DNA of 64,000 nucleotides from Candidatus Spongiisociaceae bacterium. Lineage in GTDB: Bacteria > Actinomycetota > Acidimicrobiia > Spongiisociales > Spongiisociaceae. Below the pieces are notes generated by a model that did not search any database, had not been told where the DNA came from, and saw nothing but the letters and a program-made list of their open reading frames with translations. Each line of letters opens with the position of its first letter. The first letter of the stretch is position 1. Position numbers and translations under genes: made by a program. The stretch is from the NCBI GenBank assembly GCA_965219685.1, contig CBDCOH010000002.1, forward strand, positions 4,032,001-4,096,000. The letters are read 5' to 3'. Shown in pieces: positions 27,230 to 36,053 of this stretch.

Positions 27230-28201
27230 ATGGCGAGCTTCATCCTACGCAGGGCGGTCGGCAGCGTGCTGGTGTTCTTCGCCGTCGCCATCCTCGTCTT
27301 CGCGATGATCCACCTCGCCCCTGGGGACATCGCTCAGCTGATGCTCGGAGTGAATCTAGACGCCACCATCATCGAGGAGCTCGCCCAGGAGCTCGGGCTG
27401 CGCCGGCCCTTCATCGTCCAGTTCGGTTCCTATATCGGTGACCTGCTGACCGGCGAGTTCGGTGAATCGGCCTTCTCGAAGCGGCCGGTCTGGGACATGA
27501 TCAAGGAGCGGGCGCCGGTCACCCTGGAACTCGGCCTGGTTACAGCCGTCTTCGCCACGATCATCGCGCTGATCCTGGGTCTGATCGCCGCGGCCCTACC
27601 CGGCAGCTTCCTGGACGGGCTGATCCGGGTGGTGACCGTCGTGGGGATCTCGATCCCCAACTTCTGGCTGGGCCTGGTCCTGATCATGGTGTTCGCCATC
27701 TACATCCCCGGGATCCTCCCGCCCGGGGGGTGGACCCCTTTCACGCAGGACTGGGTTCTGAACCTGAAGAGCCTGGTTCTACCCGGCGTGGTGCTCAGCG
27801 TCGGAACGATCGCGGTGGTGGCCCGGACCTTGCGAGCCTCGATGCTTGATGCCCTCGAGCGCGACTACGTGATGTTCGCCCGGTCGATGGGACTCAGACG
27901 TCGCCGGGTGATCGGGACCGTCGCCTTCCCGAACGCCATGCTGCCCACCACCACCGTGATCGGCCTGCTGGTCGGGTACCTGGTGAGTGGTTCGGTCATC
28001 GTCGAGACCGTGTTCACGATTCCCGGCGTCGGTCAGTTGCTCGTCACCGCCCTCCGCACCCAGGACATCCCGGTCGCGATCGGAGCGACCCTGTTCGTGG
28101 CGGGCCTCTTCCTGCTGATCAATCTGCTGGTCGACATCTCCTACGCAGTGCTGAACCCGAGAATCCGCGAGCTCTACCTGCGAAGGGGGGCGGCCCGATG
28201 A
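27230..28201 (+). CDS. ABC transporter permease (DppB/OppB type)
   Basis: LAPGD, SIPNFWLGL, RASMLDALERDYVMFARSMGL, VIVETVFTIPGVG. Confidence 0.9.
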   Translation: MASFILRRAVGSVLVFFAVAILVFAMIHLAPGDIAQLMLGVNLDATIIEELAQELGLRRPFIVQFGSYIGDLLTGEFGESAFSKRPVWDMIKERAPVTLELGLVTAVFATIIALILGLIAAALPGSFLDGLIRVVTVVGISIPNFWLGLVLIMVFAIYIPGILPPGGWTPFTQDWVLNLKSLVLPGVVLSVGTIAVVARTLRASMLDALERDYVMFARSMGLRRRRVIGTVAFPNAMLPTTTVIGLLVGYLVSGSVIVETVFTIPGVGQLLVTALRTQDIPVAIGATLFVAGLFLLINLLVDISYAVLNPRIRELYLRRGAAR

Positions 28202-29136
28202 CTCCGGCTTCCGAAGGAACGGGACCGATCGGTGAGGCGGTTCCCCACCGTCAGCGGACCTGGCGGCGGTCCCTGGCCCTGGCGGTGCGAACCCTCAACC
28301 ACAACTGGCTCACGAGGGTCGGCGCGGTTCTGGGTCTCTCATACATCCTGTTCGCATTGCTGGGTCCGGTCCTCACGCCCGATCCGCTCCAGCAGAGCAA
28401 CGACATCCTTCAAGGCCCGAACGCTGCGTACCTGTTCGGTACCGACCAGTTGGGGAGGGACATGCTGGCACGAGCCGCAGCGGGTGCCCGCGTCTCGCTG
28501 CTCGTGGCGATCGCGAGTGTGATCGTCGGTCTGCTGCTGGCTGTTCCCGCGGGGATGCTGGCCGGGTTCCGGGGAGGAACCCTCCTGGACGAGATCATCA
28601 TGAGGTCGGTGGACGTGCTCCTGGCCCTACCGCTCTTCGTCTTGGGCATGTTCGTACTGGGAGTGTTCGGGACCGGCGACACGCAGGTCGGCTTCCTGAC
28701 CATTCCTGCCGCATGGAAGGTGGTGGTGCTGATCGCCATCGCCGCGACACCCTTCTTCGCGCGCGTGGCGCGAGCCGCCACCCTGACCGAGGTCGAGGAG
28801 GACTACGTGGACGCACTCCGGGTGGTTGGTGTTCCGGGCCGGGCGATCCTGTCCAGGGAGATCCTCGTAAATGTCCTTCCCCCGGTGCTGGTCCAAGCCT
28901 TCCTGTGGATAGCCATCGCCATCTTCGCCGAGGCCGCCCTCAGCTTCCTGGGCCTAGGCATCCAGGCACCCCAGCCCACCCTGGGCAACATCCTGTTCGA
29001 CGCCACCAGCTACATGTTCGCCGGTGCCTGGTGGTTCTCGGTCCTGCCGGGCCTCGTCCTGCTGATGGCGACGGTCGCGTTCAACCTGGTGGGCGACGGC
29101 CTCAACGACCTCCTAGATCCGCGGCTCCGCCAGTAG
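28198..29136 (+). CDS. ABC transporter permease (DppC/OppC type)
   Basis: LFGTDQLGRD, EAALSFLGLG, FNLVGDGL.D.LDPR. Confidence 0.9.
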   Translation: MTPASEGTGPIGEAVPHRQRTWRRSLALAVRTLNHNWLTRVGAVLGLSYILFALLGPVLTPDPLQQSNDILQGPNAAYLFGTDQLGRDMLARAAAGARVSLLVAIASVIVGLLLAVPAGMLAGFRGGTLLDEIIMRSVDVLLALPLFVLGMFVLGVFGTGDTQVGFLTIPAAWKVVVLIAIAATPFFARVARAATLTEVEEDYVDALRVVGVPGRAILSREILVNVLPPVLVQAFLWIAIAIFAEAALSFLGLGIQAPQPTLGNILFDATSYMFAGAWWFSVLPGLVLLMATVAFNLVGDGLNDLLDPRLRQ

Positions 29137-29240
29137 TTGTCAGTTATCAGTTGGGCTGTATCGAACACTGGCTGTTACCGCGAGACTCAAACAGCGCTAA
29201 GTATCAACTACAAACTAGCAACTATCAACTAGAATACTAG
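29134..29240. repeat. Inverted heptamer-repeat cassette between two convergent stop codons
   Basis: TAGTTGT CAGTTAT CAGTTGG ... CAACTAC AAACTAG CAACTAT CAACTAG AATACTAG; each end coincides with a TAG stop. Confidence 0.75.
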
Positions 29241-30568
29241 CTGAACCGCTCGGCCAAGACCGCTACGTTCTCGACCTCTTCGAGGTTCCACACCAGCTCG
29301 ACGAGTTCACTCGCCTTGATCCGACCGACGACCGGTACGGCCTGCTGGAGGAACTTCTCGACGCAGTCGTCCCGCGTGAGTGGATCGTCTGGGGAACCGT
29401 GGAACCGGCTGCGATGGATCGAACGCCGTATCGTCCGGCCGAGGGCCTTCACCTCGACCTCGTTCATCTCCGGGTTCTCGTGGGCGGCCACCGTGACCCG
29501 GGAGGCGATCGCGGCGCGTCCGGGATCCCCCAGCCCTTCGGGGTCCACCCACGACTTGCCGGAGGGGATGCCTAGTAGGAGGCTCGCGAAGGCGAGTGGG
29601 ATGCTGCCCTGAGCCTCCCAGAAGGTCCGAGGGGACGGGTTGGCGAACGGGACGTAGATGTCCGGTCCGCGGAACACCACCGAATCCACCTCGTCGGGCC
29701 GTAGCCCTTCGCCGGCGATCATCTCGGCCAGCAACTGGAGGCCGCCCTGGAAGCCCCAACTGCCCACCCTGGGTTTCATCGAGAGGCGGTCGTGGACCGA
29801 GCGGAACCGGTGCGCGGTGTCCAGCATGACATCGGCCCGGTACTCGTCCCCGATAGTGGCTTCGAGGACTCCCGGCAGACCGCCGCCGGCCTCCGAGGCC
29901 AGCAGGACCGACTGGAGGCCGATCTGGCAGGCGTGCAGGTGGGGACTTACCCGGTAGGCGTTCTCGTTGCCCAGCCCGAAGGTCACTTCCATTCTCGGGG
30001 GCATCGCGGTCACCCAGGCAAGGCCGATGGCCCGCTCGGTCGTCTCGAGGTCGAGTCCCAGCATCCGGGCTGCCACCACAGCGACGTTGAAGTAGAGATG
30101 CCTGCGGGGATGTCCCCGGTAGACGCTGAAGACCCTCTCGGTGGCGGTGGCCGCGTCGAACACGCGGGTGTTCAGTTCGTAACCCAGGGCGGTGGCCGTT
30201 ATGACCTCCCGGCCCGACGCGCCGACCATCTCGCCGACCGCCAGGGCCATAGCCGAGATCGGCGCGAACATGTGGACTCCGGGGCCTTGCTCCTCGAAGT
30301 CGGAGTCCGACGCCATCTGGGAGTTGACTCCCGCGGCCAGTCCCGCGCTCACCCGGGCGCCGTCCCCGACGATGGTGGCCTGAGGACTCCCGCCGAGCGA
30401 ACGGGCCAGGGCCGCGAACGGCCGGTCGACGATGTCGTAGCTGAAGAACGTGATGGCCAGGTTGTCGAGAGTGGCGCGCTTGATGGTCTCGACGGACGCG
30501 GGCGGTATGTCCTCGAACGCGGTGGTGGCGATCTCCTCGGCGAATGCTCTCGACACGGGCATTGGCAA
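29237..30568 (-). CDS. MmgE/PrpD-family protein (divergent)
   Basis: AAGVNSQMASDSDFEE, GASGREVITATALGYE, SMKP, GSPDDPLT..KF; start may be 30562. Confidence 0.8.
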   Translation of the reverse strand: MPMPVSRAFAEEIATTAFEDIPPASVETIKRATLDNLAITFFSYDIVDRPFAALARSLGGSPQATIVGDGARVSAGLAAGVNSQMASDSDFEEQGPGVHMFAPISAMALAVGEMVGASGREVITATALGYELNTRVFDAATATERVFSVYRGHPRRHLYFNVAVVAARMLGLDLETTERAIGLAWVTAMPPRMEVTFGLGNENAYRVSPHLHACQIGLQSVLLASEAGGGLPGVLEATIGDEYRADVMLDTAHRFRSVHDRLSMKPRVGSWGFQGGLQLLAEMIAGEGLRPDEVDSVVFRGPDIYVPFANPSPRTFWEAQGSIPLAFASLLLGIPSGKSWVDPEGLGDPGRAAIASRVTVAAHENPEMNEVEVKALGRTIRRSIHRSRFHGSPDDPLTRDDCVEKFLQQAVPVVGRIKASELVELVWNLEEVENVAVLAERFS

Positions 30569-30616
30569 CCTTCCGTTAGATGTCAGGTGTAGTAGCAGCT
30601 TCTCTACCGCCGACCA

Positions 30617-32359
30617 TCAGTTCAGCGTATCGTCCAGAAACGCCCGGTACACAGCGATCGCGCTGGGTGGTGAGACCAGTTCCCGATAGCGGCTGTGGAT
30701 CGGCACGGCCAGGTCCTCGGTCTCCTCGACGCGGGCGCTCGGCAGGACCCGTGAGGCAGCCTCGAGATGGACGATCCAGGGGTCGGTCGGCCGGGAGCAA
30801 ATCAGCATGTCGGCCTCGATGAGCGGCAGGCGCTCGGTGGTCGGGTACTTCCATAGGGCGAGGAAGTTGCCGTGGAACGTGCGACCACCCTTTAGGAACT
30901 CGACCAGGCTGTGGTGGATGTCCTCGGTCGGGGAGAAACTGCCCACCCGGGTGGCGGCCGCGGTGCGATCGTAGAGCGGCCACCAGAGGAGCACGTCCCG
31001 CATGTAGTTCCAGGCCCAGATCAGGTGGGCGCCGTCCCACGACGGCACCATGGGTGGTTGGTAGTTGTCGATGAACTCCTGGCTTTCGGCGGCCGTGTAG
31101 ATGGGGATGCCGTCCAGGATCAGATGGCGCACCAGCGACGGCCGTTCGATCGCCAGCTGCATGCCCAGCACCGCGCCCGTGTGGTTGCCGTAGGCGTCGT
31201 AATCGTCGTGGCCTTCCGCGTCGCACACCTCGGCGACGATCCGGGCCAGATCCGCCATGTCCGGCTCACCCGGGAACGGGGCTGAGTCCCCGTTGCCCGG
31301 AGTGTCGAGCGCCAGGGTGGGCCGGTCGGTTCCCATCGCCTTCATGAGCGGTTCGAGCGCGGCGCTCGAACCCGGGGGCGAAGCCTGCAACAGGAGCAGC
31401 GGCCGCCCGTCCCCGCCGCCGCGACGCACCAGGATCTGCCCGACCGACGTCGAGACGTATCCACGCCGAACCGTTCCCGGCACCTGCTCCTCGGGCGGGG
31501 GAGGCGGAGCTTCGGGGAGGCGGGATCCCGCCAGGAAGGAGCGGATCGAGCCGACCAGTTCGTCTCGCTCGTCGGTGATTCGGGGTCTGACCTCGATGGT
31601 CGCGGACAGTTCCGGCAGGCGTTCGACGTGACTCGCGAGGGGATCACCGGGCCCCACCGTGATCGCGGCGGGCACGCCGAGGCCGGCGAGGGCCTCACGC
31701 GGGTCGTACTCGAACGAGGCCTGATAGAGCTTCCGGTACAGCGGACCTGCCCGCAGCATGTCTAGCACCTTGTCGTGGAGACCGTCGACCGATGGCATGT
31801 CGGCCACCCGCCGCGACTCGGGAGTCCGCCTGTACCAGGGCCAGAACAGAAGCATGTCCCGGCGGACCGCCCAGGTTCGCACCAGGTGGGAGCCGTCCCA
31901 CTGCGGTTCCAGCGAGGGCGTGTAGTTGGCGAGGAGGTCGGCCCGCTCATCGGGCGTATAGACCGCCAGCGCGTTGAGGATCAGGCGGTTGACCCGCCGG
32001 GGATAGCGGTGGGCGAAGTCGAGCGCCAGCGTCGCCCCGGTGTGGGAGCCGTAGAGATCCACCCGGTCGAGTCCCATCCATCCCAGCGTCTCGTCCAGGG
32101 CATCGGAATAGTCGGCACAGGTCGGCGCCGGGAGTTCCAGTCCTGCCGATTCGCCGGCGCCGGGCGTGTCGAGGGCGATGACTGTCCTATCCAACGCCAA
32201 CTGCTCGATGAGAGGCTCGAGAGAGAAGGAACTGCCGGGGGCAGGATGGAGAAGGACCAGCGCCGGACCTTGGCCTGCCCTCCGGAAGTGAACCTCCCGC
32301 CCTTCCACATACCCGAAGTGCTTGAAAGTCTTCAAGCGTGACTGCTCGACCAAGACCAC
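30617..32359 (-). CDS. Tandem two-domain alpha/beta-hydrolase-fold protein
   Basis: ALDTPGxGxS twice; elbows YGSHTG and YGNHTG; PxWDGxHL...W motifs shared with 7137-8771. Confidence 0.8.
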   Translation of the reverse strand: MVLVEQSRLKTFKHFGYVEGREVHFRRAGQGPALVLLHPAPGSSFSLEPLIEQLALDRTVIALDTPGAGESAGLELPAPTCADYSDALDETLGWMGLDRVDLYGSHTGATLALDFAHRYPRRVNRLILNALAVYTPDERADLLANYTPSLEPQWDGSHLVRTWAVRRDMLLFWPWYRRTPESRRVADMPSVDGLHDKVLDMLRAGPLYRKLYQASFEYDPREALAGLGVPAAITVGPGDPLASHVERLPELSATIEVRPRITDERDELVGSIRSFLAGSRLPEAPPPPPEEQVPGTVRRGYVSTSVGQILVRRGGGDGRPLLLLQASPPGSSAALEPLMKAMGTDRPTLALDTPGNGDSAPFPGEPDMADLARIVAEVCDAEGHDDYDAYGNHTGAVLGMQLAIERPSLVRHLILDGIPIYTAAESQEFIDNYQPPMVPSWDGAHLIWAWNYMRDVLLWWPLYDRTAAATRVGSFSPTEDIHHSLVEFLKGGRTFHGNFLALWKYPTTERLPLIEADMLICSRPTDPWIVHLEAASRVLPSARVEETEDLAVPIHSRYRELVSPPSAIAVYRAFLDDTLN

Positions 32360-32365
32360 ACCCGA

Positions 32366-34729
32366 CTATGCCGGTGAGTCGCGAACGCAGGCGAGGTCCA
32401 CGGCGGCCCTGGAGAAGAACGCCCAGGCACCGTCGAGGTCGAAGAGCCGCGTGCCGGCCGCTTCACACGAAAGCGCGTCGTCGAGCACCCAGTCCCACTT
32501 GTCGATCTCCCGATTGTTGACCGCTTGCGCCAGCTCGAAGCCGGTCGGGGGTGATTCGTAGACGAGGTCGAGAATCTTTGCTGTGAGTTCCCTCACGCCG
32601 GTCCTCGAGACCCGGATCGACGGACCCTCGACGGACGCCCTGACGCCCCGACCGAGCAGGGCGATCGCGGCGGTGTGGAGGGCGCGGTCGCCGATCCATG
32701 GGAACAGAAGGATTCCTGAAGGCAGGGGGACCACCATGGTTCGGTCCAACCCTAGTCGGTGATAGGCGGCTCGACCCTCGGTGAGCAGGCGCTGCGCGCT
32801 GCCGTCCAGCCACGCCGGGGTGTCTGGCGACCGGTAGACGATGGACATCTCCTCACGAACCCGATCGGATACTCCGACGGACTCGCCACCGAGGAAACAA
32901 GGCGTCCCGTCGCCGGATCGTACCAATTCCACTACTCGCGCCGAGCGGTCCGCGCCGACCACCTTCCAGCGCTTTCCGGCGAAGATCAGAAGCATTCCTT
33001 CCCGGAGGGGCTGGTAGATCGGGATCGTACCGAGAGTCCTGCCCGCGGTAACGACCCGCCACTCGATGGCGGTCTGGAACGCCGTGTAGAAGTGGTGGTG
33101 GTTCACCTGGCGTTCGCCGGCGACGCCGAGCAACAGCAGCCCGTCGGAGGTCTGGACGAGCAGGTCGTGGGAGGCCATCGCCCGGAGGAGGCGCGCGAAA
33201 CGCTGCTGGTCGACGAGTCGGAACGGGCCGGGCCCGCACAGCGCATGGTGGAGATCGTCTGCAGTGGCGCCGCCATGCTGGGCGATCACCGACATGATCT
33301 GCTGGATCAGCGTCGAGTAGTTGAATCCCGGATCGTCGGTGGTCTCCAGCCAGCGGTCCAGCATCAGCCGAACCATCGCGGTCGTCTGGACGATGCCGCA
33401 ACGCAACCCGTCGGAGACGGAGAGGTCTGGTCTGGCAATGGGTTGTTCGCTCACATACAGGCGCAGTACGGCCGGGTCGCCGCGGCGTCCTGACCGGCCC
33501 AGCCGCTGCCATAGGGACGCGACGGATGGCGGTGGTCCTATCTGGGCGACGTTGGAAACCGAGCCGATGTCGATTCCCAGTTCCAGTGTGCTGGTACTGA
33601 CCGCGGTCGCCGGTCGGGACGGGTCCTTCAGGTAGGTCTCGACGGTTTCGCGGAGATCTCTGGAGAGGTTGCCATGATGCGGCCAGAACTCGTTGGGAAC
33701 CCCGGCCCTCCTGCTGTACCGGGCCAGCAGGTCGGCGTAGATCTCCACGCCGTTGCGCGTGTTGGCGAACACCAGGTTGTCTCGGCCGCGAAGATGACCG
33801 AACAGGTGCCCGGCTATCTCTTGTCTGGCATCGTCGAGCGATCCATCCCCCGCCGATTCCCGCCGGTCCTCACGCCTGTCGCGCCCGTTCTCGTCGGCCA
33901 TGGCGGATACCGGGGCGGCTCCGTATCCGCGCAGCTGGAGCATCAACCCCCGTCCGTCAGCCTTCGACTCGACTATGAAGACCCGATCCGGGTTGTCCGG
34001 GCGTAGAAAGGCCGCGGCCCGCCCGATGTCGCCGAGAGTGGCGGATAGCCCGATACGCGGTGGGCGCCTTCGCACCGCGAGGCCGACCCGGTTCATCAAC
34101 GACTGCACCTGGGCGCCCCGCTGGGTGGTGAGAAAGGAGTGGAGTTCGTCGATCACGATGTAGCGCAACCCGGCGAACAGTCCCGGGACGAGGGGACCCC
34201 GGTTCACGAAGATCGCCTCCAGCGACTCGGGCGTGATCAGGAGCACGCCGGACGGATCGGTCGCCAGCCTCTGCCTCTCCCCGGCCGGGATGTCTCCATG
34301 GCGGCGATGCAAGGGAACATCCACTCGCTCGCACATCTGTAGGAGACGCCGGTACTGATCGTCGATCAGCGATTTGAGCGGCGAAAGGCACAGAACCTGC
34401 ACGCCGGCCGATGGCGTCGTACGTGGTTCCTCCCACGGATCGAAGGCGGTCCACGGCTCGGGTAGCGCGGCCTCGTTTCTCCCGGCGTCGCCTGCGAGAT
34501 TCGAGAGAATGGGGAGGAAGGCGGCTTCGGTCTTGCCGGTGGCGGTGGCCGCGGCGATCAGCACATCACGGTCGCCGCCCAGGATCGGGCCGATGGAGCG
34601 TTCCTGGGAGTCGTGCAGAGACGTCCATCCCTGATCGTATATCCAGCGCTGCATGCGGGGATGCAGCCGGCCGAACGCCGACGACGGGGCGGCTTCAGAG
34701 CCGGAAGTGGACGAGGCCGTCATCATCAC
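32366..34729 (-). CDS. sngC: DEAD/DEAH-box (Lhr-like) helicase, Shango SngC-like
   Basis: AATATGKTEAAFLP, IDELH, GLSATLG, HHGNLS, TSTLELGIDIG, QRLGRSGRR; follows the TerB and ATPase genes. Confidence 0.8.
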   Translation of the reverse strand: MMMTASSTSGSEAAPSSAFGRLHPRMQRWIYDQGWTSLHDSQERSIGPILGGDRDVLIAAATATGKTEAAFLPILSNLAGDAGRNEAALPEPWTAFDPWEEPRTTPSAGVQVLCLSPLKSLIDDQYRRLLQMCERVDVPLHRRHGDIPAGERQRLATDPSGVLLITPESLEAIFVNRGPLVPGLFAGLRYIVIDELHSFLTTQRGAQVQSLMNRVGLAVRRRPPRIGLSATLGDIGRAAAFLRPDNPDRVFIVESKADGRGLMLQLRGYGAAPVSAMADENGRDRREDRRESAGDGSLDDARQEIAGHLFGHLRGRDNLVFANTRNGVEIYADLLARYSRRAGVPNEFWPHHGNLSRDLRETVETYLKDPSRPATAVSTSTLELGIDIGSVSNVAQIGPPPSVASLWQRLGRSGRRGDPAVLRLYVSEQPIARPDLSVSDGLRCGIVQTTAMVRLMLDRWLETTDDPGFNYSTLIQQIMSVIAQHGGATADDLHHALCGPGPFRLVDQQRFARLLRAMASHDLLVQTSDGLLLLGVAGERQVNHHHFYTAFQTAIEWRVVTAGRTLGTIPIYQPLREGMLLIFAGKRWKVVGADRSARVVELVRSGDGTPCFLGGESVGVSDRVREEMSIVYRSPDTPAWLDGSAQRLLTEGRAAYHRLGLDRTMVVPLPSGILLFPWIGDRALHTAAIALLGRGVRASVEGPSIRVSRTGVRELTAKILDLVYESPPTGFELAQAVNNREIDKWDWVLDDALSCEAAGTRLFDLDGAWAFFSRAAVDLACVRDSPA

Positions 34730-36053
34730 CGGACGGAGCTTCCGGGCTGGACGCCGGTCTTGCGCCGCCGTTTGCGAGAGGCAGGAGGTCCGGGTTGGTC
34801 TCCCGTGGGATTTCCACCCGGGCGATCAAGTCGGACCAGCTGACGGAAGGGTTCTGGTCGAGCACCGCCAGCAGGTTCACGAACTCCTTGATGGTGGTGC
34901 GCGGCGTCCGGAAGTAGGCGTCGCCGACCCGCGCCGCGCAGTGGTTCATGAACGCGGTCAAGGCCTCGTCGGGTACCAGGTATGCGTCAGGGTCGCCTCC
35001 GGCGAAGACGTGCCGGAGTTTGGTGAGGAGCACGTACATGTCCTCGGGCGCCAGGTTGGCCAGCCGCAGGACCGGTCCCGAGAAGTCCACCAGTCCCTGC
35101 CGAGCGAAGGTGTTCTCGGCGAGACGGGACTGCAGGGCCGGGTACGAGTAGAGGCCGCGTCGGGTGTCGAACAGCAGGTCGGGGGTCCCGGCGAACACGA
35201 ACCCGAGCCCGGCGGCCGAACCCTGCAGGCAGTCGTTCAGTATGCGCAACACCTGCTCGTAGTTGGAGTTGCGGGCCCGGGTGTGTGACATCTTGTACAG
35301 GTTCACCATCTCGTCCAGGCAGACCAGGAGGCCGGAGAACCCGGCGAGGCGGACGAACCGTGCGAACAGCTTGAGATGGTCGTAGAAGCTGCGGTCGTCG
35401 ATGATGGTGCGCACCCCGAGCGCCTTCCGCGAGTCGGTGCGGGTCGAGAACTCGGCGCGCAGCCATCGGACCACATCGGCGCGGAGCCGGTCGTCGCCGC
35501 TGTCATGGGAGCGCCAGTAGGCGGCGATCACTTCGGCGAAGTCGTACCCGCCGACCATCTCGCTGAGATCGGCGAGCCGTTCGCGAATCACTGCCTCGGG
35601 GCTGATGCCTCGGGACCGGGCGGCGCCGAGAGCAGTGGTGATGAACCGTTCCACCAACGTGGGCATGGCGCCGCCCTCAGGCTTTGTACGGGTCGAAAGG
35701 TTGCGCATCAACTCGGCGTAGAGGCCGCGGGCCTGGCCCCCGGTTGCATACAGGCGGCGCTCGGGCGACAGATCGGCGTGAACGGTTACGAGCTTGCGCT
35801 CCAGGGCGATCGAACGGACCAGGTTGAGGAAGAAGGACTTGCCCGCCCCGTACTCCCCGATCACCAGGCGGATCGCCGAGCCTCCATCGCGGATCCGGTC
35901 GATGTCCGCCAGGAGAGCGCCGACCTCGTCGGCGCGTCCCACCTGGATGTGCTGCTGGCCGACCCGAGGCACGACCCCCGCCCTTAGTGACTGGATGATC
36001 GCGTCGCGGTCCCTCGGGCGGATACGGCCTGGGCGGAGGCTGGTGGTTGTCAA
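34695..36053 (-). CDS. sngB: P-loop ATPase (DUF2791/BrxD-like), Shango SngB-like
   Basis: IIQSLRAGVVPR.G..HIQVGR, Walker A GEYGAGKS, Walker B LVCLDE, GLYSYPALQSRL. Confidence 0.85.
   Translation of the reverse strand: MTTTSLRPGRIRPRDRDAIIQSLRAGVVPRVGQQHIQVGRADEVGALLADIDRIRDGGSAIRLVIGEYGAGKSFFLNLVRSIALERKLVTVHADLSPERRLYATGGQARGLYAELMRNLSTRTKPEGGAMPTLVERFITTALGAARSRGISPEAVIRERLADLSEMVGGYDFAEVIAAYWRSHDSGDDRLRADVVRWLRAEFSTRTDSRKALGVRTIIDDRSFYDHLKLFARFVRLAGFSGLLVCLDEMVNLYKMSHTRARNSNYEQVLRILNDCLQGSAAGLGFVFAGTPDLLFDTRRGLYSYPALQSRLAENTFARQGLVDFSGPVLRLANLAPEDMYVLLTKLRHVFAGGDPDAYLVPDEALTAFMNHCAARVGDAYFRTPRTTIKEFVNLLAVLDQNPSVSWSDLIARVEIPRETNPDLLPLANGGARPASSPEAPSGDDDGLVHFRL

Noticed and set aside
34695-36053. 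BREX system, from the BrxD-like ATPase
   Set aside because: No pglX, pglZ or brxC genes; the TerB-ATPase-helicase order fits Shango
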